Source of the DNA: Heterodontus francisci
Lineage: Eukaryota
Length of the DNA: 64,000 nucleotides
Direction: 5' to 3'
Assembly (NCBI RefSeq): GCF_036365525.1
Contig: NC_090379.1
Coordinates: 28,449,790 to 28,513,789, forward strand
Part shown: positions 20,969 through 34,724 of the stretch, piece after piece
Position numbering within the stretch: the first letter of the stretch is position 1
Layout of the letters: every line of letters starts with the position of its first letter
Position numbers and translations under genes: made by a program
The notes under the pieces: model-generated
What the model saw: only the letters and a program-made list of their open reading frames with translations
What the model was told of the DNA's origin: nothing
Database searches by the model: none

Positions 20969-23900
20969 CGCCAGAGTTTTGAAAAAAAAAAGCCAACAGT
21001 GACATCACAGGAGAACTGCAAGGTGATTGGTTGGTGAGTCACTGCTGTTACGGAATAGCTCTAAACAGCTGGGTAAGTATATCAGGTAGGAAAAAAAAGG
21101 GGAAAGTTTTTTTTTGTTTGTTGAAAAAAAAAACTCTGGTGATAAAGTGAGTACTATTAATGTGTTTTTTAAAATTCAGTGTAGCTTATTAAGGACTTTA
21201 AATTGTAGTGGGTAGAACAAGGCCCCTAGTATAATTAGTATTTTTTAATTCAGGGAGTAACTAATTAATCTAAGGGTAAGTCATGACAGGAGAGCTCAGC
21301 CCCGTGATATGCTCCTCCTGCGCAATGTGGGAAATCAGGATCACTTCCAGTGTCCCTGACAACCATGTGTGCAGGAAGTGTATCCATCTGCAGCTACTGG
21401 CTACCCGCAGAATGGAGCTGGAGCTGCGGGTGGATTCACTGTGGAGCATCCGCGATGCTGAGGACGTCGTGGATCACACATTTACTAAGGTGGTCACACC
21501 GCAGGTAATGGCTGCACAGGCAGAAAAGGGATGGGTGACCACCAGATGGAGTAGTAGGCGCAGGCAGGAAGTGCAGGAGTCCCCTGTGGCCAACCCCCTC
21601 TCAAATGTTGGGGGGGTGGGGGGGATGACCTCCCAGGGGAAAGCAGCAACAGCCAAGTTCATGGCACCATGGAGGGCTCTGCTGCACAGCAGGGGAGCAA
21701 AAGGGGTGGAAGAGCTATACTGATAGGGGATTCTATCATAAGGGGTGCAGATAGGCATTTCTGTGCCTGCAAACGAGACTCCAAGATGGTATGTTGCCTC
21801 CCTGGTGCTAGGGTCAAGGATGTCTCGGAGTGGCTGCAGGACATTATGAAAGGGGAGGGTGAGCAGCCTGAGGTCGTGGTCCATATTGGTACTAATGACA
21901 TAGGCAGGAAGAGAGATGAGGTTCTGCAAAGTGAATATAGGGAGTTAGGCAGAAGGTTAAAAAGCAGGACCTCTAGGGTTGTGATCTCAGGATTACTCCC
22001 TGTGCCACGTGCTACTGAGGGTAGGAATAGGAGGATAAGGCAAATGAATGCATGGCTGAAGAGCTGGTGTAGGCGGGAGGGCTTCAGCTACTTGGATCAT
22101 TGGGATCTCTTCTGGTGAAGAGGTGACCTGTACAAGAGGGACGGGTTGCATCTGAACTGCAAGGGGACCAATATCCTTGCGGGGAGATTTGCGAGTAATA
22201 CTCGAGAGGGTTTAAACTAGTCTTGCAGGGGGGTGGGACCCAAAGTAGTAGTCTTTCCGATGAGATATGCAAATGTAGAGATTAAAGCAAGCAAGTCCAG
22301 TAGGCAGGCTGGACAGGGGTAGGACAGGGAGCGTGGAAGGTCTGGTAGGCCAAACTGCATTTACTTTAATGCAAGAAGCCTTACAGGTAAGGCAGATGAA
22401 CTCAGAGCATGGATCGGTACATGGGATTGTGATATTATAGCTATTACGGAAATGTGGTTGAGAAATGGGCAGGACTGGCAGCTCAATGTTCCAGAGTACT
22501 GATGCTTCTGGCATGACAGAGGTGGAGGTAAGAGAGGAGGGGAAGTTGCACTATTGATTAGGGAGGACATTACGGCAGTACTTAGAGAGGATATCCCGGG
22601 GGAACGTCCAGCGAGGACATATGGGTAGAACTTAGAAATAAGAAAGGAGTGATCACTGATGGGATTATACTATAGGCCCCCCAATAGTCAGAGGGAAGTG
22701 GAGGAGCATATATGTAGGGAAATCACAGATAGGTGTAGGAATTATAGGGTTGTAATAGTAGGTGATTTTAACTTCCCTAATATTGACTGGGACTGCCTTA
22801 GTGCTAAGGGATCAGATGGGGGAGAATTTGTTAAGTATGTCCAGGATAGTTTTCTGAAGCAGTATGTGGATGGCCCACTAGAGAAGGGGCTAACTCGACC
22901 TCCTCTTGGGAAATGAGGCTGGGCAGGTGGTTGATGTGTCAGTGGGGGAGCACTTTGGGACCAGTGACCATAACTCTATTAGCTTCAAGATAGTTATGGA
23001 AAAGGATAGGACTGGTCCTCAGGTTGAAGTCCTAAATTGGGGGAAGGCTAATTTCAATGGCATCAGACAGGAACTCTCAAAAGTTGAATGGGAGAGGCTG
23101 TTTACAGGTAAAGGGACGTCTGGCAAATGAGAGGTTTTTAAAATTGAGATAGGAAGACTTCAGGGCCGGCATGTTCCTGTTAGATGGGAGGGCAAGGCTG
23201 GCAAGTTTAGGGAACCTTGGTTGACGAGGGATATTGAGGGTCTGGTCAGGACAATAAAAGGAGGCATATGACATGTATAGGCAACTGGGATCAAGCGAGT
23301 CCCTCGAGGAGTATAGGGGATGTAGGACTACACTTAAGAAGGAAATTAGGAGGGCGAAAAGGGGCCATGAGATTTCCCTGGCAGATAAGATAAAGGAGAA
23401 ACCTAAAAGATTCTATAAGTATATTAAGAACAAAAGGGTAGCTCGGGAAAGAGTAGGTCCCCTTAAGGATCAGTGTGGTAATCTATGTGTGGAGCCACGG
23501 GAAATGGGCATGATCTTAAATGAATACTTCTCGTCCGTATTTACCGTGGAGAAGGTCATGGAAGCTAGTGAGTTCAAGGGAGAAACAGCGATATCCTGGA
23601 GCATATCAACATTACAAAGGAGGTGGTGTTGGAGGTTTTGAAGCACATTAAGGTGGATAAATCCTGAGGGCCTGACCAGGTATATCCTAGGATGCCATGG
23701 GAAGCAAGAGAGGAGATTGCTGGGGCACTGGCAGAGATTTTTGTATCATCGATAGCCACGGGTGAGGTACCGGAAGACTGGAGGATAGCTAATGTTGTGC
23801 ATTTATTTAAGAAGAGCAGCAGGGATAAGCCAGGGAACAACAGGCTGGTGAGCCTTACATCAGTGGTGGGAAAGTTATTGGAAGGGATTCTGAGAGACAG

Positions 23901-25230
23901 GATTTATATGCATTTGGAAAGGCAAGGTCTGATTAGGGATAGTCAGCATGGCTTTGTGTGTGGGAAATCATGTCTCACGAATTTGAATGAGTTTTTTGAG
24001 GAGGTGACCAAGAGGATTGACGAGGGCAGGGTGATGGACGTTGTCTACATGGACTTTAGCAAGGCCTTTGACAAGGTCCTGCATGGTAGGTTGGTCCAGA
24101 AGATTCAAACACATGGGATCCAGGGTGAGCTAGCAAATTGGATACAAAATTGGCTTGGTGGTAGGAGGCAGAGGGTGGTAGTGGAGGGTTGTTTTTCAGA
24201 TTGGAGGCCAGTGACCAGTGGTGTGCCGCAGGGATCGGTGCTGGGCCCTCTGTTGTTTGTCATACATATTAATGACTTGGATGTGAATGTAGGGGGCATG
24301 ATTAGCAAGTTTGCAGATGACACCAAAATTGGTGGTATAGTGGACAGTGAAGAAGGTTGTCTAAGGTTACAACAGGATATAGATCAACTGGGAAAGTGGG
24401 CAAGGGATTGGCAAATGGAATTTAATGCAGATAAGTGCAATGTGATGCATTTTGGGAAGTTAAACCAGGGCAGGACATATACAGTGAACGGCAGGGCCCT
24501 GGGGAGTGTTGTTGAGCAGAGAGACCTTGGGGTGCAAGTACAGTTGCCTGAAAGTGGCAACACAGGTAGACAGGGTGGTGAAGAAGGCATATGGCATGCT
24601 TGCCTTCATCAGCCGAGGCACTGAGTACAAGAGTTGGGACGTCATGTTACAGTTGTACATAACATTGGTTAGGCCGCATTTGGAGTACTGTCTGCAGTTC
24701 TGGTCGCCGCACTACAGGAAAGATGTGATTAAGCTAGAGAGGGAGCAGAAAAGATTCACAAGGATGCTACCTGGAGGTTTGGAGGGCTTGAGTTATAAAG
24801 AGAGATTGGATAGGATGGGTCTGTTTTCCCTGGAACGAAGGAGGCTGAGAGGGGACATGGTAGAGGTATATAAAATTATGAGAGGCATAGATAGGGTAGA
24901 TAGCCAGAGTCTATTTCCATGGTAGGGGTGACTAAAACTAGAGGGCATAGATTTAAGGTGAGAGGGTGGATGTTTAAAGGGGATCAAAAGGGGTAAATTT
25001 TTCACACAAAGAGTAGTGGGTATCTGGAATGAGCTGCCCGAGGAGGTGGTGGAGACAGGAACATTAGCAACATTTAAGAGGCATCTGGACAGGTACTTGA
25101 ATGAGAAAAGCATCGAGGGATATGGAATTAATCCAGGCAGGTGGGATTAGTATAGATAGGCATTATGATCGGCATGGACGCGGTGGGCCGAAGGGCCTGT
25201 TTTTATGCTGTACAACTCTTTCAGACTCTA
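20768..25230 (+). mobile_element. Full-length two-ORF CR1 LINE, degenerate, inserted in an older CR1
   Basis: ORF1 ~21283-22220: CxxC..CxxC plus SGNH esterase (IGDSII, LPGA, HIGTND, DGLHL); ORF2 ~22340-25100: EN (YFNARS, GDFN, SDH) plus RT (FADDTK); the flanks rejoin as QFWFPYLRK|DILAL. Confidence 0.93.
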
Positions 25231-25680
25231 TACTTGCATTGAAGGTGGTGCAGCGAAGGTTCACTAGATTGGTTCCAGGGATGAGAGGGTTGTCCTATGT
25301 TGAGAGGCTGAGTAAATTGAACCTATCCTCTCTGGAGTTTAGAAGAGTGAGAGGTGATCTCATTGAAACATACAACATTCTGAGGGGGTTTGACAAGGTC
25401 GACACTGAGAGGTTGTTTTCCTGAGTTGGAGAATCTAGAACACGGGGGCACAGTCTCAGGATAAGGGGGCAATCATTTTGGACTGAGTTGAGGAGAAATT
25501 TCTTTACTCAGAGGGTTGGAAATATTTGGAATTCTCTACCTCAGAGGGTTGTGGATTCTCCATCATTGAGTATATTTAAGTATGATTTTTGTTCTCTCAA
25601 GGGATATGGAAGAAGGAGGCGGAAGATTAGCCATGATCATATTGAGTAGCAGAGTAGGCTCGGTGGGCTCTCTGGTCTAC
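25231..25680 (+). mobile_element. Older CR1 3' fragment (host of the full-length CR1)
   Basis: ILALKVVQRRFTRLVPGMRGLSY; continues 20739-20767. Confidence 0.8.
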
Positions 25681-25689
25681 TTTGTTTCT

Positions 25690-25865
25690 TTATGAAGGTG
25701 GTTAGGTTCTCTGTTGTTGGAAATGGTCATTGGCAGGCACTTGTGTGATGCGAATGATACTTGCCACTTACCTCGAGCCTGAATGTTGTCCTGGACTGTG
25801 TCATTATCTGAGGAGTTGCAAATGGAATTGAACACTGTAAAATCATCAGCAAAGATTCCCACTCT
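25690..25865 (-). mobile_element. Internal RT fragment of the tRNA-headed LINE family
   Basis: GIFADDFTVFNSICNSSD matches 9849-10040. Confidence 0.75.
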
Positions 25866-26664
25866 CAGGTGGACATAAATCTTTCCATGGCACTATTTTG
25901 AAGAAGAGTCAATGAGTTCTCACCAATATTTATCCCGCAACAAGCATCTCTAAAACAGATTATCTTGGATTTGCTGCCAATGGGTTTCTGTCAGCACAGT
26001 GCTGATTTTAATTTGATTCCCACCCACTCATGGCAGAATGAGGCCAGTGCAATTTTAACCGCCATGCTTTAGTAAAATGACATTGACCCATTTTCCGTCT
26101 GTGCAAATGGAACTGAAATGCTAAGGCCTTGAGAGCCATCTGTCTCTGCCCTAACCTGGGGATTTAAGTGCATAGCAAGGAAATGTTTTTCAAAAACCAA
26201 ATTTATTCCAAAATTGCCTTTTTAAAAACAAAAATGCCATTATTCTAATCCAGTGCGATGAAAATTAAACTTGAATATTATTTCTATTGCATGATGTCTT
26301 CAAGATTATTACATTCTTTGTTTACCCTTTGTAGAATACAGTTAAATTCTCCGATGAGTAATCTATTTTTGCAGTGCAATGGAGTGATGTTGGTAATAAA
26401 TTTGTAGCTAATTTGATATATCAGGTTATTAAATGACAATAGAAAATCTAGGAAAACAACTTTTATTGAACAGTAATGTAAGCAATCCTCACAAAAATTC
26501 ATATGTGCAGGAAAATTATTCATTGCATCAGTCTCATGTGTCCTTGGTGCATATAAAACAAAAATCCATTGAACTTTTGATATGCAAATGTTTACATTTT
26601 CATCTAGTGATTTGAGCCTTTAACCTACCTGGAAATGAGAGAACAGAAGATATTTGTGATCCTG

Positions 26665-27093
26665 ATATTTCGATCAGGCACTCTCCAGCCTTGCAGACTG
26701 AACATTGAGTTCAATAACTTCAGAGCATGACTGGCCTCTTTTTAATATTTAGTTTTCTAACCATGTGCCTGCTTTTCATATAATCAGAGTTGCTCATTAT
26801 TCCGCTATTAACAGTCTCTCTGGACTAATGCTTTGTCTTTCACCACATGCATTAACACACATTTTGCCTTTGTCCAAGGAGAGCTTTGTTATTTAATCTC
26901 CCTCTGCCCTATCAAACACCTTCCCCTTTGTTCTCTCCCCCACTCCCCTCCCCATGCACTTGCTTAAAACCTAATTCTTTTCTAATCTTTGCCAGTTCTG
27001 ATGAAAGGTCACAGACCTGAAAAGTTAACTTTGCTTCTCTCTCCACAGACGCTGCCAGACCTGCTATTTCCAGCACTTTTTGTTTTGTTTCAG
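26665..27093 (+). mobile_element. Penelope-like element 3' end / pseudo-LTR
   Basis: Encodes LNIEFNNFRA* (as at 55295); hammerhead at 26994-27030. Confidence 0.8.
26994..27030 (+). ncRNA. Minimal type-I hammerhead ribozyme (PLE type)
   Basis: AGTT-CTGATGA-A-AGGTC aca GACCT-GAAA-AG-TT-AACT. Confidence 0.7.
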
Positions 27094-27434
27094 ATATTTG
27101 TGTTGTATAGCTATCACTGTTTGATTTCCCAAAGTACAAGCTGTTAATGATTACCGTGCAAGCTACTGAAATAGGAAGGTGTTATTATTTCTGAGCTACT
27201 TTCTTGAGTATAGCTTAGGTGGTATTAACAAAAGTTAAAAAAAACATCTACTATGGGATATAGCACAACATGAACTTAACTGTTAAATTGTTCTCTGTTA
27301 AGCAGAAATATTTATTGTTCTCTATCCAAGAGGACATTTGTTTGTGGACCAAAGTTAAGATGCCAAGAAAAAGCCTTGTATTTTATACATTTCCATTATT
27401 GTAATGTCCCAAAGCAATTCACAGAAAAAAGGAA

Positions 27435-27866
27435 AAGAAAATCCTACATTTAAACAGCACTTTTGTTGACCACCAGATATCTCAAAGCGCTTTATAGCCA
27501 ATGAAGTTAGTCACTGTTTTAATGTAGGAAATGCAGCAGCCAATTTGCACATACCAAACTCCTAAAAACATCAATCTGGTTTTGTGACGTTGATTGAGGG
27601 ATAAATATTGGCCAGGAGACTGGGGATAACTCTCCTGCTTTTCTTTGAAAAGTACCATGGGATCTTTTATAATCAATGTAAGTAAGCAGATGGGGGCCTT
27701 AATTAGGCATCTCATCCACAAGACATCACCTCCAAGAGTGCAGCACCCCCTCAGTACTGCACTGGAGTAGCAGCCTTGAATTTGTGGTCAAGTCCTGGAG
27801 TTGGACTTGAACCCTGAAGTTTGTGATTCAGAGGCAAGAGTGCTACCAGCTGAACCACAGCTGACG
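27435..27866 (-). mobile_element. DeuSINE (SacSINE1-like)
   Basis: tRNA-like head with B box GGTTCAAGTCC on minus; Deu-type core (TGAGGGATAAATATTGGCCAGG on +). Related copies at 48765-49170 (-) and 52215-52430 (+), fragments at ~490-560, 25865-25965 and 33350-33450. Confidence 0.75.
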
Positions 27867-28039
27867 TGTTTAGAAGTGAAAAAGAATGGTTGCTGAGCTG
27901 GAAGAGTTAGGGGAAGTGATTGAATAGTTGCTCAAGTGGAAAGATTTTGAGATATCTCTTAAAGGCATGGAGGAAAATAGAATGAAGGAAGGAATTTCAG
28001 AGAGTAGAATCAAGATGGCTGAAGGGTCAACAATCAGTA

Positions 28040-28976
28040 CAAAGAACAAAGAACAAAGATAATTACAGCACAGGAACAGGCCCTTCGGCCCTCCAAGCCT
28101 GCGCCGATCCAGAGCCTCTCTCTAAACATGTCGCCTATTTTCTAAGCTTCTGTATCTCTTTTCTTCCTGCCCATTCATGTATCTGTCTAGATACATCTTA
28201 AAAGACTCCATCGTGCCCGCATCTACCACCTCCGCTGGCAATGCGTTCCAGGTGCCCACCACCCTCTGCGTAAAGAACTTTCCACGCATATCCCCCCTAA
28301 ACTTTTCCCCTTTCACTTTGAACTCGTGTCCTCTAGTAATTGAAACCCCCACTCTGGGAAAAAGCTTCTTGCTATCCACCCTGTCTATACCTCTCATGAT
28401 TTTGTACACCTCAATCAGGTCCCCCCTCAACCTCCGTCTTTCTAATGAAAATAATCCTAATCTACTCAACCTCTCTTCATAGCTAGCGCCCTCCATACCA
28501 GGCAACATCCTGGTGAACCTCCTCTGCACCCTCTCCAAAGCATCCACATCCTTTTGATAATGTGGCGACCAGAACTGTACGCAGTATTCCAAATGTGGCC
28601 GAACCAAAGTCCTATACAACTGTAACATGACCTGCCAACTCTTGTACTCAATGCCCCGTCCGATGAAGGAAAGCATGCCGTATGCCTTCTTGACCACTCT
28701 ATTTACCTGCGTTGCCACCTTCAGGGAACAGTGGACCTGAACACCCAAATCTCTCTGGACATCAATTTTCCCCAGGACTTTTCCATTTACTGTATAGTTC
28801 ACTCTTGAATTGGATCTTCCAAAATGCATCACCTCGCATTTGCCCTGATTGAACTCCATCTGCCATTTCTCTGCCCAACTCTCCAATCTATCTATATTCT
28901 GCTGTATTCTCTGACAGTCCCCTTCACTATCTGCTACTCCACCAATCTTAGTGTCGTCTGCAAATTTGCTAATCAT
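28040..28976 (-). mobile_element. Young 5'-truncated CR1 (open 284-aa ORF2 end)
   Basis: ISKFADDTK..LVRPHLEYCVQFWSP uninterrupted; (TTCTTTG)n tail; candidate TSD CAGTA at 28035-28039 and 29010-29014. Confidence 0.92.
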
Positions 28977-29369
28977 ATAATCAATGTAAGTAAGCAGATG
29001 GGGGCCTCACAGTAGTGAGTGAAGGGAGTGGAGGATAAAGAAGAACCAAGAGCCAGAGAATTGGACGGCATGGGAAGGGATGTAAGGCTGGAAATAGTTC
29101 TTGTGAAAGTATGGGATCAGTAAGACCATGAAAGGATTTTGTAGATTGTTATGAGTATGCCCAGTGCATAACGATGTCATTAAACATGTGATCTGGCCAT
29201 CTATGTGTCTGTCTTTCTTTACAATTTCCTCCCAATATATGACAAATCTTGGCAATGAAATGGAATTAAAGTGCAAACAATTTTGCAGCAAATGGAGAGA
29301 CCATGATGAACAAAAGAAGCTATCTCCAAGTGACCTACCTGCTAGGACGGTGAACATTTTCAACTAGAT

Positions 29370-32300
29370 TGTGTTGAGGCTCATTGTTTCTGAAAACATG
29401 TGGCTGCACTCAATTGAATGGATTCTGCAGGATCATAGTGACCACCTGCTTCAGCTACCAACTACACTAGTTTTGGTGAGTTTGTTCTGATTAGGCTGAC
29501 TTAGCTTCCGTATCACTGTTGCACACAGCCACAATAAAGTGTTCGTTAGATCACAGTTACATTTGAAAATGGGACAAAATGACTGCATCCATGGGATACA
29601 TTGGAAGGCTAGGAATGTATGATAGAGCTCAAGAACCATTCAGTTCATTCATTGAAAGAATGGACATGTTCTTCAGAGCTAAGAATATATTAGAACTCAA
29701 AGGTGAAAGTGAAGAGGCCCAGACTCTGAATAAGGCACTTCTTAAGCGCAAGAACGCAATTTTGCTCACGGAGATTGGCCCGGAAGTGTATAGCACATTA
29801 ACAAACCTTCTTGTTCCCAACAAGGCAGAAGATGTGCCATTCAAAATAATTATCACCAAGTTAGAGGAACATTTTAATTCTAAACCACTAGAGATAGCCG
29901 AAAGGTACAAATTTGGAACCAGAAACCAGAGAAATACTGAAACAGTTGGCGAGTACATAGCGGCACTGAAGAGTTTATCATTACATTGCAACTTTGACAC
30001 ATTCTTAGAGACAGATTCATGTGTGTGTTGGTGGATGAAAGAATCCAGTCAAAGTTGCTAAGTAAACAAAATTTTACATTTGAGGTAGAATGTAAGATTG
30101 CTTCTACCATGGAGATGGCGTCAAAGAATGTTCAGGAATTTATCCTATGTAAGTGACTAATACAGCTTCTGTCCACTGTCAGAAGACTTCTGCCAATTCT
30201 AAAGTGGGAAGACCTAATCAGAAGAGTGCTTTTGATAAAAGTGCCTTGTTATCACTGTAATGACAACCACACAATACAGGCATGTCAGTACAGAAATGTC
30301 AAATGCTTCAATTGCCAAAAGATAGGTCATATTGCAACTGCTTGCTGAGCAAAGGCCAAAACAGAAAAGAGAACACTTACAAGTAGTAATGGAAAGCAGC
30401 AGCGTAACAAGGATGGAGTTCACAATCTTGAAGTGAATCCATAGCGCTTAATTGAAGAGGAGCTAGGCTATACAGCATTTATGCTACTCACAATCACTCA
30501 AATGGCACAGACTTTTGTACAAAGGTGTTGGCAAAGCAACAGTACATCAACATACGCATCGACACAGCTGCAGCTTGCTCAATTACAAGTAGAGATGTAC
30601 GAGAGCAAATTCAGTGACGTACATCTAACTGAGAGCACAGTTCAATTGAAAACCTACTCTGTGTTAGAGATGTGTGAACAAATGTCAGGGCAAATCCCTC
30701 AAGTTACCCATTGTTGTAGCAAGATATGTCAACAAACTATTAATGGACAATGACTGGCTCTGTAAGCTGAAGTGAGACTGGAAGCATGTTTATCAAGTTG
30801 CGACAACCAAGAAGCTTGATCAACTATTCAATAGTTACAGACACATTTTCGAGGATAACTATGAAGGCACAATCAGCGTGAAAACACATATCTGAATTAG
30901 GCCTAATACAAAACAGTATATTGCAAGGCTCGGCAGGTTCCTTATGCCCTCAACACCCAAGCTGAAGAGAAACTAGAGAAGCTAGAGAGGAACAATGTGC
31001 CAGTGAAAACTGATCGTAGTAATTGGGCAACCTCAATTGTAGTGCCAAGTCAGACAAAACCGTGAGACCATGCGGGGACTACAAAGTCACAATCACCCAG
31101 GCAGTGGATCCACTACCGACCTCTCGAGAGTTGTACAACCTCTCAAGATTTGTATGCGGAGTTATCGGGATTCAACCCATTCACAAAGTCGGATTTGTCC
31201 CATGCTTATGCACAGCTCAATGTGGATCAAGTCAGCAGTATCTCACGATAAACACACAAGTGGGGTTATACTCCTACATGAGACTGCCCTATGTTGTGAA
31301 ATCTACTCCAAAAATCTTCCAAACTACAATAGTTAAGATTTTGAAAAGATAATACTATAGGTGATGCACTGTCGCATTTGCCACATGAAGACTTGAAAGT
31401 CGGCTGCGAAGAGGCAATCTTCAAATCAGGAGTTGTGGATGAGGACTTTCTAAATCACTGCAACTCAAATTGCAGTTGAAACTCAGAAAGACCTGGGGTT
31501 TTTTTAAAGTCTACAAACAGAGTTCGAATGGTTGAATGGAATTTGGCAATTGTACAGACGTGACAAGTTGTTATATGAACAAGGAAGTATTAATTGGGGT
31601 CACAGAGTGGTCGTACCTAGTTCTTTAACAGACAAGATTCTGGAAGAATACTGAACACACGGGTATAGTTGGCATGAAATCTGTAGCTAGGGGTTCTGTT
31701 TATTGGCCTGTTTTAGACAGTGTTCTAGAATCATTGGTTAGTAACGTACCATTTGTCAAAACTGCAGGAATAGATCACTAAAAACTCCTTTACAACTATG
31801 GTCATGGTCGATCCAACCATTTCAAAGAGTGCACGTAGACTTTTGCATAAAGGAAAGTTCCAATTTCTTGTTGCTTATTGACAATCACTCAAAGTGGATC
31901 AAAGGAAAGCAAATGGGTCAAAACACCAATGCTGAAAGGACAATGGACAATTTATGGTCCATTTGTGCTTGTCATGGTTTACCAGAGGAGCTTGTCTCAG
32001 ATAATGGACCTCAATTTCGTTCTGCTCTGTTTCAGAATTTCATAAAGCAAAATGGTATCAAACATACCCTCACTCGTCCATATCATCCGACATCAAATAG
32101 AGCTGCAGAAAGATCTGTGGGAATAGTCAAGGAAGCACTCAAGATGAAAGGACTGCATGGATGTTCAGGTTTCAGCATGAAATAGATTAGCTAATTTTCT
32201 GCTGAAGTGTGGAACAACTCCATACTCAACTACAGGGTATACACCTGCTGAGCTCTTAATGAAGCAAAGGTTAAGAACACATTTGAGTTTCGTTCTACTA

Positions 32301-32420
32301 AATTTGACTGCTAAAGTTGAATGAAAACAGTTCAATCAGAAATGTCAGTATGACACAAACAAAAAAGAACGTGGCTTTTGCTAGAGTGTGTACCAGTTCA
32401 GACTTTGGTGTCTTAAGTAC
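29370..32420 (+). mobile_element. Decayed Ty3/Gypsy LTR retrotransposon (gag-PR-RT-IN)
   Basis: gag LLTEIGPEVY..IAERYKF..GEYIAALK; CCHC knuckle (CFNCQKIGH) ~30300; protease IDTAA ~30558; RT VRPCGDYK, RLPY; IN HVDF, VSDNGPQF, PYHPTSNRAAER. Confidence 0.9.
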
Positions 32421-34724
32421 CAGTTTCAGAAAAAGAAACAAGATTTTCTGTCAGTCCTGCACTGAAACCAGATAGTAATACTGTAATTCACACAGTATTT
32501 TATAAGAAATACTATCCATAAATTTTGGAAAACTCGCATTTACTTAAAAATCCATTAAAAGTGCAGAAGCAGAATGTTTCTGCACACTATTAAATGTTCA
32601 CTTTGAGTCATAGTTACAAGTGAGTATCATGTCTCAGTTCAGCTACTAACAGCTGTCGATATCAAGGACTGCAAACAAGCCAACTTCATTCTTCTTATTA
32701 TCCTTATGATGCATCATCTTTCTTCATTCAAGTTAAAAAGGACAAAAATAAAGGACAAATTACACATATGCTGACTTCTTCTGAGGTTCATTAGAAATCA
32801 AGCACAAAGATATTTTCCCCACTTCTATAGCAACCAAAGTTGACATGAACAGAACATAGACAAGTTTTGTGATTTTCCCTTAACACTTGAGTGAAAGTCA
32901 AATCCAGACCGATGTACTTCCAATAAAGCTACAGTTTCAGCCAAATGACACAATCCCCAACAAGCTACTTGTTGGTCCAAGTGGAGCTCACTGGCTAAGC
33001 TGATTTGGGTTGAGCAGCTCCACACTGCAGATTCAGTACCTCGACTAGTATTGACGTGGTGTGACAACTATTAGTCTAACAAGAGCATCAGGCAGCCATT
33101 CTGAACCTACAGCATCTCCCAACAGTTTTCATTAACTTCCCAATGAATTGACACAAGAAGAAGTTATTGCCCACATTCAATACATCTAATGAAACAAAAA
33201 CCCATTTCAAAAATTGTATAGCTGCTAAAATAACATTCTCTATCTAACTTTGTATCATTGCAATGATTCCTGTGTCAGCTAACAACCATAATACTTATCT
33301 TTACCAAATAATTCAATAGAATGAAAGCAATAGGAAAGAAAGAAAGACATTTGAATTGCAGTCACTGTTGTAATATGGGAAACGCAGCGGCCAATTTGTG
33401 CACAGCAAGGCTCCAAAAACAGCAATGTGATAACGACCTGCTCACTTGCATTTGTTTTTAATTAAGGGGTTTATCTCATCAATATAATAAAATAAATTTG
33501 TAAAAAAAACTGCTTCCAATTAGTATGGGAAGGTCCTAGTTCTATTAATAATACTTTGCTCACAACACCACGTGGGATCTCCAGAATCAAGGAGCTACTC
33601 TGTTGATGGGTTGTCAAGGTGGGACTCTAAAACGAAACTGAGAAATAGTTTTTCTTTAAACAGCTATAGCGCCATGAAAGTGAAAACTTTCAATGGTAGC
33701 ATAATGATAAAGATTGAATAGCAATAATAGGCTGGATTTTAACTTTTCAACCTGCCCGGCAGCTTGTGGGGAACACACTAGTTTCAGAAGTGCATTTGTT
33801 AGTGGCTTTTTAACCCAGCCACTGTATTTACATTTAATTTACAGTTTTCTCAACCAATTGGAGCAAGCAGACGTGATGATGTCCTGCATCAGTCTCGTTC
33901 AGCTCAACTATTTAAAGGGACCCTGCTAGGATGAAACCTGAAGCATTGTAGAGGCCTTTAGACAGAGCCTAAACCTGGAGTTGTGGAGACACAACATAGC
34001 AAGGCAACAGCATCTTTCAATGATGCCTCCATGGAGATGGTGCTGTGGACTATAAGGGCCCAGTTAGATTCAATTCCCTGTGGATAGAAGTAGCGGGCCT
34101 CAGTAAACAAGGAGGTGAGGTTGGAAATTGTTGAGAAGATCAGCAGCAGAAGCATGGTGTCATGCTCCTGAATACAGTGACGGAAGGGGTTTAATGACCC
34201 AATTAAGGCCGGAAAGGTGAGTGTATCCTGATGTGCATCTTACCCCAACCCTCCTCACTCTGCCTTCCCAAGCCTTCTCTTGCACATCACTCCTCATACC
34301 AATTTACCTTGGAGATGCACCCATCCACCTTTGTCTAGGCACCTCCTCAAATCCCCATTTCACCATTCACCACAGACACTCACCCCCATCTTAATGCAAT
34401 GTCACACCCATCTCTGGCAGTCACCCTCCACAGATGCTGTCCATCTATTTTCTCCACATATTCCATTTCTCACACTCATAGGTCTCTTCTTTTCCTCCTT
34501 GTAGGAGAAAAGCATACAGAACACCAGAAGGAGGAAGAGAACCAGAGGTGGCCCACCAGTCATCACCATACTGACAGCTGCAGAGGAGGAAGCTCTGGGG
34601 GTAAGCTGAGTCTCAGCATGCCTGGCCATTAGAGATGGAGGGATGGGTCGATTAAATATCACACAACCACATGGCATGCAGCACTCACTCATGTTGATTT
34701 GATGTCAGCAACCACTGTAAAATG

